This document shows positions 55,119 through 63,249 of a stretch of DNA of 64,000 bases, in pieces (the stretch's first letter is position 1; each line of letters begins with the position of its first letter). This stretch comes from a virus. A program made the position numbers and the translations under genes. The stretch is from IMG/VR virus record IMGVR_UViG_3300032308_002010, positions 32,001 through 96,000 of that record; one strand, given 5' to 3'. Below the pieces are notes generated by a model. It saw only the letters and a list, made by a program, of their open reading frames with translations, did not search any database and was not told where the DNA came from.

Positions 55119-56153
55119 TCAAAGAATTTTGGCGGCGATTAGGCAGCCACGCGCAACAGCGTGCAGCGGGTCTTTCGCGTGACGAACTTCCTTCACAGGT
55201 AGAGGAAAACCGTTCTCTTCCAACTTCTTGGTGAACATTTCAACGAAGCCTTTAGCGCGCGTAGTGCCGCCAGCTAAAGATATCAGAATCGGTTCTTTGA
55301 ACTTCGGCAGCGCTTTGTGGTCACGAAGCGCAGAGGCGAGCTGCTTTGTTGTGTAATCAATTAGACGCTCGTAATACACGCTCACGGCGGCCAGAATAGC
55401 GTTATCGCCACCGCCTTCGCCGATGACAAACGTGCCGTGCTCTTTCTCAGCTTGCACTACCGAATCCGGCTCATTCGTCGCTACAGCGGTCATGCGATCG
55501 ATCCAGTCACCGGACTTTGTCGTCGAGAATAGCACCGTAGGCTCGCCGTTGAGCATGACGCAGACGTTCACCATGCCGGCACCCCACGACAGGCCGATGC
55601 CGGTGTAATCATCGTGCTCTAGCTCTGAGTAGCACAGCGCCTCGGCTTCGTTAATAGCGCGGGCGGCGTATCCCTGCTCGGCTAACACAGTGCGCACGAC
55701 GTCTTCGTGATACGCCACGTCGAAATCGTCATCCTCTTGGTCGACGGGTTGCGCGGGTACGCAAAAGATAAGCTTTTCATTAGGTTGGCCAGCTGTTCCG
55801 ACCACTTCCTTGAGAATAAACGCCAGCACGCGCTTCGCTTCTTTCTCTTTGGGGCTGACCACGCCACGAAACATGGGGCGTTTGGCCGAGTCGTTGCGCT
55901 CGACAGCCTTCTCGATGGCGTCTTGGCCGAGAATGATAAAGCTCCCGTCAGCGTCCTTGACGAAGACTTTGCCCTGCAGCCCCTTCTCAATCATTTTTGT
56001 AGCTACAGGCGTCGTCGGCTTGATGACGTAAAAAGCGTCGCGAAAGTCTTTGTATTGCACATTGCCAACCACGTGCGGGTCGGTCGTGGAGTTTGCGGCG
56101 GCGTCTTGGGCCAGCACGATAAACGATGTTCCAACGTCGAGACCTTTAGCCAT
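55119..56153 (-). CDS. Actin-like ATPase (MreB/FtsA/MamK superfamily)
   Basis: GLDVGTS (phosphate 1), INEAEA (connect 1), LSWGAGMVN (phosphate 2), LAGGTT (adenosine), VARGCL (connect 2). Confidence 0.85.
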   Translation of the reverse strand: MAKGLDVGTSFIVLAQDAAANSTTDPHVVGNVQYKDFRDAFYVIKPTTPVATKMIEKGLQGKVFVKDADGSFIILGQDAIEKAVERNDSAKRPMFRGVVSPKEKEAKRVLAFILKEVVGTAGQPNEKLIFCVPAQPVDQEDDDFDVAYHEDVVRTVLAEQGYAARAINEAEALCYSELEHDDYTGIGLSWGAGMVNVCVMLNGEPTVLFSTTKSGDWIDRMTAVATNEPDSVVQAEKEHGTFVIGEGGGDNAILAAVSVYYERLIDYTTKQLASALRDHKALPKFKEPILISLAGGTTRAKGFVEMFTKKLEENGFPLPVKEVRHAKDPLHAVARGCLIAAKIL

Positions 56154-56155
56154 GA

Positions 56156-56509
56156 TTACTTCCCTTTTAGTTGCGCGAGCTTGGACACAGACGAACTAAT
56201 ATCATCCTGTGTTTGGATCGTTTTGCCAAGTTCGAGTTGTTGCGTTTTTTGCAACTTGTCTGTGTTAATTTCGCCTACGTACTTACCCGTATCAATCTCG
56301 ATCTTTGCTTTACCTATTACGCTGTCTTTTTCTTTCATGGCTGCGCGCAACGTATTTGCCGCAGGAGCAACCGACGCCGGAGTATACTCGTGTTTCGTTG
56401 CGGGTCCGGCAAAACGCACAATCAGTAAATCTACGCGCCCAATCACGTAACCAAACGCAAAGCTGAAAAAAACACAGAGAAAAAGCGTAGAGTACGTCAG
56501 TGTCAGCAT
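56156..56509 (-). CDS. N-terminally membrane-anchored protein upstream of the actin-like ATPase
   Basis: TM helix STLFLCVFFSFAFGYVIG followed by a soluble tail; stop 2 nt before the actin ATG. Confidence 0.55.
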   Translation of the reverse strand: MLTLTYSTLFLCVFFSFAFGYVIGRVDLLIVRFAGPATKHEYTPASVAPAANTLRAAMKEKDSVIGKAKIEIDTGKYVGEINTDKLQKTQQLELGKTIQTQDDISSSVSKLAQLKGK

Positions 56510-57207
56510 GTTTCGGGCTTGCGCCATCCTCGGTGTGATTTAATACGCCCGGCGTTTACGCTACGCATGTGGCAGTCGCGCAGTCCGTTGTGCCGGCAAA
56601 AGTCCTTAAGATTGTGAATGATAACTAAATCGCCGTCGGGGTTGAGGAAGTTATACGTTTTGGAGTACTTCGCTCGAATGGCGTTGCGGCCGCGTGCGCG
56701 CAGCTCTTGCATGCGTTTTTCTGGAATAGCGTGCACGCCTGTTTTCATTTCTGCGGATTTTGTGCCGCCGATGCTTGCCCATTTCTGCCGCGTCGCCGGG
56801 TCCATACCAGCAAAGCCAGAACCACTATTTTGAGAGCGCTCTAGGGCTAGTTTGCGCTGGGCATCTGTGAGCAAAAATCGTCCGGCAGCGTTGCGATTGA
56901 GGCACATGTCCGGGCCTAGATACTTTGTGTCGGCATGTGCTGTTTTGATCAAAGCGGTTTCAGCTTTGGATAACTCCGTCGCGGCTTTTTTTGACTCTCT
57001 GCGATATTGCGCGTGCAACACGACTTTAATCGCGTCAGATTGATATTCAAGATGCGCGGAGTCGTTGTAATGCGCAAACGTAACCGGCGAGCCAAAATAC
57101 TGATGGTCGTCTTCCGGGCGGCGGTCCGTAATCCGCGAACCGTAATAAAATTTGTACCCCAGCGACGGGTACAAAATTACATACAGATAGTACCAGCGTT
57201 TACGCAT
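56503..57207 (-). CDS. Free-standing GIY-YIG (Seg-like) homing endonuclease with a C-terminal NUMOD-type DNA-binding motif
   Basis: YLY...FYYGSR, conserved E (LSKAE) and N (CLNRN); C-terminal NLKDFCRHNGL...HRGW. Confidence 0.65.
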   Translation of the reverse strand: MRKRWYYLYVILYPSLGYKFYYGSRITDRRPEDDHQYFGSPVTFAHYNDSAHLEYQSDAIKVVLHAQYRRESKKAATELSKAETALIKTAHADTKYLGPDMCLNRNAAGRFLLTDAQRKLALERSQNSGSGFAGMDPATRQKWASIGGTKSAEMKTGVHAIPEKRMQELRARGRNAIRAKYSKTYNFLNPDGDLVIIHNLKDFCRHNGLRDCHMRSVNAGRIKSHRGWRKPETC

Positions 57208-57280
57208 ACACTGAATCCGTTCAGCGCGAGTTTTCAGCCAAATCCTTTTGACTGCCGGTGTTTTAATTCCCGGACTGGAA

Positions 57281-57505
57281 CTATTTTAACAATTTGTGCG
57301 CGATAGGCGGAACTACCATATATGTAAGCGCGATCGCAATTAACCACAAAATAGAGATTACAACGCGCCGAATACGCATGTTTGTATGCCAATAACGCGC
57401 CCTGATTTCGGCGGGGTCGTGCAGCTGCATAAGTCGCGCGTCGAAAGCAATCCGTTCTTCTTCAGTGCGGATTGGCCGCGGTTCCCAAGGCATATAGCGA
57501 CTCAC
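57281..57505 (-). CDS. Small membrane protein
   Basis: 74 aa with a C-terminal TM helix; ATGA-type overlap with the deaminase gene. Confidence 0.45.
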   Translation of the reverse strand: MSRYMPWEPRPIRTEEERIAFDARLMQLHDPAEIRARYWHTNMRIRRVVISILWLIAIALTYMVVPPIAHKLLK

Positions 57506-57990
57506 ACTTCAATTTGTTTTCCGTCGCGTAACACAAAGACGCCCAGCTTTTCTTCCAGCCGGCGATACACGACACCAGCCTCACGCAGCATCTCGTCGCC
57601 GCGGTCGCAGCTCTCTTGCCACGAACCGTGTGCTGGTACATGCGCGAGCCCGATCACTTCGGTAATCCCCGCGCAGATAATTGCGCGCGCACAATCAGCG
57701 CAGGCAAACCACGGGCAGTACAGCGTGGCGTGCTTTGTCGGCATTCCCATCTTAGCCGCGTGATAAATAACATTACGCTCGGCATGCTCGATGTAGGCGT
57801 ATTTCAGCGGACGCTGCAGCCGCGCATCATTCTTTTTGACGTTAGCTGGCAGGCAGTTGGCGGCAGAGATAATGTCGCCACGCGGCGTCACCAGCACAGC
57901 GCCATTCTGGGTATGAATATCGTCGGCCTGCGTGGTTGCGACGTGGCAGGCAATACGTAGATAAAACAACGGGTCGACAGCGTTTGGCAT
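57502..57990 (-). CDS. dCMP deaminase (cytidine/deoxycytidylate deaminase family)
   Basis: HAERN and PWFACADC zinc motifs; start moved to ATG 57990. Confidence 0.85.
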   Translation of the reverse strand: MPNAVDPLFYLRIACHVATTQADDIHTQNGAVLVTPRGDIISAANCLPANVKKNDARLQRPLKYAYIEHAERNVIYHAAKMGMPTKHATLYCPWFACADCARAIICAGITEVIGLAHVPAHGSWQESCDRGDEMLREAGVVYRRLEEKLGVFVLRDGKQIEV

Positions 57991-58008
57991 AGTTGTAATA
58001 AGACGCGG

Positions 58009-58212
58009 GCTGAATACTGGCAGCAGGACCGCTCGTGTCCCGCTTATGCTCGTGTAACGTTGGGGCGAAGGAGGCGCTTGGAAACGTTTGAAACCCGACA
58101 ACCAGTATTCGGCACCACGGCTAACCAAGTGCAGTGCGAACACCGGGAGGACAACCGGTGTTCTGCGGCGTCACGTCCGGGCTGGCGCAGAACGGACGGG
58201 AGTGATCCGTTC
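58009..58212 (+). ncRNA. Candidate structured ncRNA with GGA-loop hairpins (RNA2); strand uncertain
   Basis: 277-bp intergenic gap containing 12-bp, 9-bp and 7-bp helices; loops AAGGAGG, GAGGACAA, CGGGAGUGA on the plus strand. Confidence 0.5.
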
Positions 58213-58267
58213 GCAGCGCATTCCGGCCACCATGCCGCAACTCTCCCGCATGTATGTATCTGTTGAC

Positions 58268-58708
58268 TTATAAGTCACCCATAATCCGGCGCATCTTTTC
58301 GCAGTCTTCGTAGCTGTCTTCCAGCTGATTTTCATAGAAGATCGTGAGGTACGCGGCCACAGTGGGATGTGCGCCAGCCAACGCGTCCAGCTCGTTAATA
58401 CGCTTGGCGTAGTTATCGGCCACGGCGGTTTCTAGCTGAATCGCGTGGGCCAAGATGTCACTGATATTCGTGTACTTCGGAAAACTGTGGCCGTCAGACG
58501 TGGGCATCTCATAGTTCAACCCAAACAAGCGATGCGTGAACTGCAGGACATGCTCTAACTCGCCCTTAGCCGCTTCGTGCAGAAACTCTCTGTACTCTTC
58601 GGCGTGCAGGCCCGTCACGGCACCAGCGTGATACAGGTAGAACTGCAGATGTGTCCACTCGTTGCGCAAATCGGCGTTCATCTTCTCAACGAATTCTGAC
58701 AGAGTCAT
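58268..58708 (-). CDS. Ferritin-like / bacterioferritin-type protein
   Basis: 146 aa four-helix pattern: LRNEW...Y..H, E...ELEH, LETAVADNY, EDSYED. Confidence 0.7.
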   Translation of the reverse strand: MTLSEFVEKMNADLRNEWTHLQFYLYHAGAVTGLHAEEYREFLHEAAKGELEHVLQFTHRLFGLNYEMPTSDGHSFPKYTNISDILAHAIQLETAVADNYAKRINELDALAGAHPTVAAYLTIFYENQLEDSYEDCEKMRRIMGDL

Positions 58709-59232
58709 AACAACTGCTCCTTTAAGTATGCCGCCAACCGTTCGGCCTGCGGTATTTCTTCTTTGACAATCTGGTCGAAGCAGACCGCGCCGTACTGCCG
58801 AAAGATCTGCACGTTATTTACGAACCAGCCCATATGGTACCCCTGCCGCATAAAGTTGCAAAGGTGATTTGTCGCCTCTTCGTCGTACACGTAGTTGTGG
58901 CAGCCGAACTTGTGCGCCCAGTATTCACGCGGCTGGCAATTAATGTGTCCGTGCCCGCCCTGTCCGGGTTGCGCGGCGCTAAAAATAACTGTCGGCGCCG
59001 TGTTGACTAACTTCTGTACAAACGCGTCGGCAAGCTCTGGATTGATGTGCTCGGCAACTTCGAGACACAAGCAGATATCATAATTTCGATACATGTCGAA
59101 CTGCGCGTCGAATACGCTGAGTTTGTCGTGCGGGCAGCGCGGATCAGGGTCAACTCCATCTACGGTAAACCCGGCGGCGCGGAGGGCGTCGACATAGATA
59201 CCGGGGCCGCAACCGACGTCAAGAACGCGCAT
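58705..59232 (-). CDS. Class I SAM-dependent methyltransferase
   Basis: VLDVGCGPG, CLEVAEH, FSAA.PGQGG.GHIN. Confidence 0.85.
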   Translation of the reverse strand: MRVLDVGCGPGIYVDALRAAGFTVDGVDPDPRCPHDKLSVFDAQFDMYRNYDICLCLEVAEHINPELADAFVQKLVNTAPTVIFSAAQPGQGGHGHINCQPREYWAHKFGCHNYVYDEEATNHLCNFMRQGYHMGWFVNNVQIFRQYGAVCFDQIVKEEIPQAERLAAYLKEQLL

Positions 59233-59833
59233 TGAAGTCACCAGCAGCGAGAGCGTGTAATCCAGCTAAATCGGCGGGCGGGGCGCGCATCTTAGATACC
59301 GGCGCATTCCAACAATCCCACTTGTATTTCCAACCGTTTTGGCTCGTGGGATCGACGTCGCCTTTGCTGCCGAACGTAGCGATATCAAAAAACTTCGCCT
59401 TGGGCATGAAACCCAGCAGCCACGCCCGCTCGCAGTCTTTGTGAATGCGGGCGAAGCAGTACCAGTCGCAAAGCTGTCGGATGTTCGCGTCGCAGACCGT
59501 GCAGTTATAGAACCCGCGCGGCGTCTCAGCGTAATTCTGCAGCTTCGTTTTGACGTCTATGCGCCCCAAGATCTGGTCGCGCAGATCCCAGTGATATATG
59601 TCGTCGCCAAGCGAGCGTTCCCACTGTTGCGCGTAGAAGTCGTGCACAACTTCCTCGCCCAAGAGGCCCGTAAACACACCGTAGCCGGCGCGGATCGAGT
59701 CGTTTAAATGTGCGCGGCCATACTTTGACAGCAGCCGCTTTTCCATCTCATCCACCCGCGCGAGCGCCCGTTCTAGCTGCGCATCGGTAATGGGCACTTC
59801 AATAACATGCTGCGTTAATACAGCAGAAGTCAT
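59219..59833 (-). CDS. PD-(D/E)xK-like nuclease-fold protein
   Basis: GLLGEEV...WD...RIDVKT; ATG 59833 after AAGGA. Confidence 0.5.
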   Translation of the reverse strand: MTSAVLTQHVIEVPITDAQLERALARVDEMEKRLLSKYGRAHLNDSIRAGYGVFTGLLGEEVVHDFYAQQWERSLGDDIYHWDLRDQILGRIDVKTKLQNYAETPRGFYNCTVCDANIRQLCDWYCFARIHKDCERAWLLGFMPKAKFFDIATFGSKGDVDPTSQNGWKYKWDCWNAPVSKMRAPPADLAGLHALAAGDFNARS

Positions 59834-59894
59834 ACGCGTCCTTTCACTTCGGGGTGGGCGAAGTGTAACGCGCATGTTCAATACACGCAATACG

Positions 59895-60602
59895 CTATAG
59901 CTTTTTTAAGATAGCGGCGACCAGCGGATGGCGCACGACATCACTGTGGGCAAACTGCACAACATCAATCCCCGACACGCCCTTGAGTTTATTCACTACT
60001 TCGTTCATGGGCGGCGGCGAAATCGGCAAGTCTGTCTGCTGGGGATCGCCCGTGACAATGATCTTTGAGTTCTGCCCAAAGCGCGAAAGAAACAGCTTGA
60101 ACTGCGTATACGTGGCGTTCTGGGCCTCGTCAAATACGCAGATACTGTCGTTGAACGTCCGGCCGCGTAGATAACATAACGGCGCCAGCACCACCGCTCT
60201 GTTGACAAACTCACGCTTGGGGCCAATTTTGCCCAAGAGCACATCCATGGTGTCGTACAGCGGCTGCATGTACGGATTGACCTTCTCGCCAAACGAACCG
60301 GGGAGATAACCAAGCTTTTCGCCGGCGTCTACGATCGGCCGGGTGAGCACGATAGATTCAGCGCGCTTGGCCAATATTTCATTGATAGCAAAAGCCATTG
60401 CCAGAAACGTCTTGCCCGAGCCAGCAGAGCCGAGCAGAAACGTGATGTCATTATCGTGCAGCGTTTTCCACGCCCGTCGCTGCGCTTCGGTGCGCCATTC
60501 GATTTCGCACGGCGTTAATAATGCTTTTGCTTTTTCCTGTTGGTCCTGTCGTTTCTTCGATTTCTTCTCGGCTCGCCGCACATTCCGTTGCTTGGGCGCC
60601 AT
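59895..60602 (-). CDS. phoH: PhoH-like ATPase
   Basis: GSAGSGKT, LTRP, LGYLPG, RGRTF, DEAQN, GD..Q.D, VVRHPLV. Confidence 0.92.
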   Translation of the reverse strand: MAPKQRNVRRAEKKSKKRQDQQEKAKALLTPCEIEWRTEAQRRAWKTLHDNDITFLLGSAGSGKTFLAMAFAINEILAKRAESIVLTRPIVDAGEKLGYLPGSFGEKVNPYMQPLYDTMDVLLGKIGPKREFVNRAVVLAPLCYLRGRTFNDSICVFDEAQNATYTQFKLFLSRFGQNSKIIVTGDPQQTDLPISPPPMNEVVNKLKGVSGIDVVQFAHSDVVRHPLVAAILKKL

Positions 60603-60643
60603 AAAGACTCGCTTTCAGGTTGTGTTACTCAGGTGCTCTTACC

Positions 60644-62581
60644 TCACAGACTCGCGGTCGGTGTTACGCGACCTGACTGCCGCGGCTTTGCGCGGTTCTG
60701 ATTCTGCACGATAGGCGACCGGAACTGCATCTGTACAGGTGATTGAAGCTGCGGTTGACCAGCGCCGTAGTACGCCGCAGCGCCGACGGCCGGCAGCGCT
60801 AACGCCGAATGTCGACCGGCGAGTTGACCCGCCTGACCTATAGCGCTTGTTGCCGCGCCAGCAGCTGCGCCAGCTGTGCCCATCATATTGCCAACAGCGT
60901 TCAACGTCGGCCGGTTGGGCGCGGCGTTAATAAGGCGCGTGCTCTGCTGCGCCACAGTGTCGCCCACAGTCGTAGCCGCGCGGCCCGCGCCGCCTACCAG
61001 TCCACGCGCACCAGCAGCCAGTCCGCGAGCGCCAGCAGCTAATCCGCGCGCAGCGAGGCCGCCAAACGCCTGTAACGCGTTTGCGTTTTTGCTGGCGCAC
61101 GCTGAGCCGGCAGCCGCAGCTAGCATTGGTAGTTTTTTCTTTACAACCGGTTTTGGCGCCGGCTTTGGCAGCGGCTGCTGAGCCTGAAACGGCACGGCCG
61201 CCGACTTTGCCACGGGTTGCTGCGCGTTGGTCGCGTCAGTTGCGACGGGCATCGCGGCTGGTCGCTGCTTGTCGTCGATCGGCTTACTTGTGCCACGAGA
61301 ACACGGCGTGCAACTCATCTCGGTCTTGCCGCGGGGCGCACTGGAGCCAGCTTTCTTTTCTTTCTTCTTCTTACTGCCAACGGGGCGGCACGAGTTGTTG
61401 CTGTACGGCTTCTTGCCCGGTACCGGTTCGTAGCCTTTCCAGCACCGACCAGCCATCTTACCGAACTCAAACGCCGAACCCTGCTTCACACCAGTCAGGC
61501 TCGCGTTCTGCAGCTGCGGCATGAGCTGTTCAATGATATTTTTATTGTGTGTTAGAAAGTCGTACATCTGTCTCCCCTGATCGCTAGACATATTGGGATC
61601 TCGGCCCATCAACATCGTGGTGCCGAACTCCGGGCTGAGCTGCCCGAGCGCATTAATTTGATCCATAGGGTTGCCGCCCTTGCCGCCGCCCATCATGCCG
61701 TAAAGAGCATTCGCGCCTTGGCCAACCATGCGGCGCGGGCCGTCGCCGAACATGCCGGCTCCAGCTGCCCCCAGACCAGCCGCACCCAAACCAAGCGCGC
61801 CCATTGCGCCGCCCATGCCATAATTTCCGCGGCCGCCCATAAACGCGCCAGCTAGCGCTAAGGGAACGCCGGCACCAATAGCGTAGCGAGCTTCAGTCGG
61901 CAGGCTGTTCCACATACCCATCAAGCCGCCATTCGCTGCGGCGGCCTGCGGATTTGCCTCGCCCTGCTGCTGCGCCATCGCCTGTGTCGCCGATTGTTGA
62001 TTCGCAAGCGTATCGGGTGTCGGCTCTGCGCCGCCGCCAACTAAACCCGTAGCCCGCGCACCGCCGTACATCGCACCGGCGCCAGTCGCGACGTTCAGCG
62101 GGTTGAGCTTGTCGCCCACAGGGCTTGTACCGAACATGCGGCCAGCTTCTGTCTGCACAGGACGCACAATACGGTCACCGAGCTTGCCGCCAGTAGCAGC
62201 AGCGCGGTTTGGGCCGTTCATAGCGTAGCGCGCGGCGTCGTCGGCGTAGTTCAGCCCTTGGCGCGTGGCGTCTTGCGCCACTTGGCCAACGCTCCCGACA
62301 AACTTAGTCGCATCAACAGCTTTGTTTGCGATCGTTTTGCCGGCACCGCTAATACGGTTTCCAACAGCGTCGTCCGCATTTTGTAAACCTTTTGCGGCGC
62401 CAGCGAGTACGGGTTTGGCCTTTTCAACGCCTTTTGTGACCAGCTGTTTGGCGGCAGGAAGCGCGCGCGTCGTGGCGTAATTGGCTGCTGCGCCGAGCAT
62501 ATTTTTAACGCCCGCGCCGACGTTGGCGTCTTTTTCAACTGTGTTTGCGATCAGAGCGCCAAACTGTTGTGTGTTATTCAT
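60644..62581 (-). CDS. Gly/Ala-rich modular putative internal head protein containing a CWxGY module
   Basis: 645 aa; EKDA, KQG, KMA, KKA, KSA, KNA motifs separate low-complexity blocks; RCWKGYEPVPGKKPYSNNSC. Confidence 0.55.
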   Translation of the reverse strand: MNNTQQFGALIANTVEKDANVGAGVKNMLGAAANYATTRALPAAKQLVTKGVEKAKPVLAGAAKGLQNADDAVGNRISGAGKTIANKAVDATKFVGSVGQVAQDATRQGLNYADDAARYAMNGPNRAAATGGKLGDRIVRPVQTEAGRMFGTSPVGDKLNPLNVATGAGAMYGGARATGLVGGGAEPTPDTLANQQSATQAMAQQQGEANPQAAAANGGLMGMWNSLPTEARYAIGAGVPLALAGAFMGGRGNYGMGGAMGALGLGAAGLGAAGAGMFGDGPRRMVGQGANALYGMMGGGKGGNPMDQINALGQLSPEFGTTMLMGRDPNMSSDQGRQMYDFLTHNKNIIEQLMPQLQNASLTGVKQGSAFEFGKMAGRCWKGYEPVPGKKPYSNNSCRPVGSKKKKEKKAGSSAPRGKTEMSCTPCSRGTSKPIDDKQRPAAMPVATDATNAQQPVAKSAAVPFQAQQPLPKPAPKPVVKKKLPMLAAAAGSACASKNANALQAFGGLAARGLAAGARGLAAGARGLVGGAGRAATTVGDTVAQQSTRLINAAPNRPTLNAVGNMMGTAGAAAGAATSAIGQAGQLAGRHSALALPAVGAAAYYGAGQPQLQSPVQMQFRSPIVQNQNRAKPRQSGRVTPTASL

Positions 62582-62636
62582 AGCCTGTAGTTCCTACCGT
62601 AAAAAGTGTGCGGAGACGGTTTGCGACGCGAGCGGA

Positions 62637-63218
62637 CTACCACTCCAGCTCCACCGGCCGACGTGTCCTGTAGTTAACATCAAAATCAATCGGCGACTGG
62701 AACTTCACGCCGGGCAGCGGCAGCTTCGGCGCGACAGAAGCCGTACCACCAAGTAACCCAGCTGCTACGAGTGACGGCACGCCATAAGAAGTTTCGGCCA
62801 GCTGCGATAGGCCGCGGCCGCCAGCCTGTAACGCTTTGCCCGCGAAGTCTGTGACTTGGCCGACACCACGCGTTGCCCGACCAGCCGCGCGGCCGCCAAA
62901 GCCCAGCGCGGACATCACGTCACCGTACATGCCGGTGTTCTTGGCGCCGTGATCGAGCACTGTTTTGCCGCCCTTCATGACTTCGCGGCCGAAGCCCTTG
63001 GCTAACCCAGCGGCGCCGCTTGTAGCTTGGCCAGCACCTTCAATTCCGCCGCCAAAACCACGTATGAGATGCTTAGCGCCCTGATTGATCGTCTTGGCGC
63101 CGGTCGCCACGCCGCGGCCAGCTTGCGCAAGCCGGGCAAAGATCGCGCCCATGTTGACGCTTGGCGCGGCAGATTTTTCCAGCTGCCCAACGCTGTATCC
63201 AAACTCAAATGGAGTCAT
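62637..63218 (-). CDS. Gly/Ala-rich putative internal head protein
   Basis: ATG 63218 after AAGGA; leader MTPFEFGYSVGQLEKSA. Confidence 0.55.
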   Translation of the reverse strand: MTPFEFGYSVGQLEKSAAPSVNMGAIFARLAQAGRGVATGAKTINQGAKHLIRGFGGGIEGAGQATSGAAGLAKGFGREVMKGGKTVLDHGAKNTGMYGDVMSALGFGGRAAGRATRGVGQVTDFAGKALQAGGRGLSQLAETSYGVPSLVAAGLLGGTASVAPKLPLPGVKFQSPIDFDVNYRTRRPVELEW

Positions 63219-63249
63219 GTGCCAGTCCTTTGTTATGAAAATGCGTGTT

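Noticed and set aside
54308-58101. Shared 8-mers between RNA1 and RNA2 as independent evidence of homology
   Set aside because: About one 8-mer match is expected by chance between regions of this size; only the 13-mer is treated as notable.
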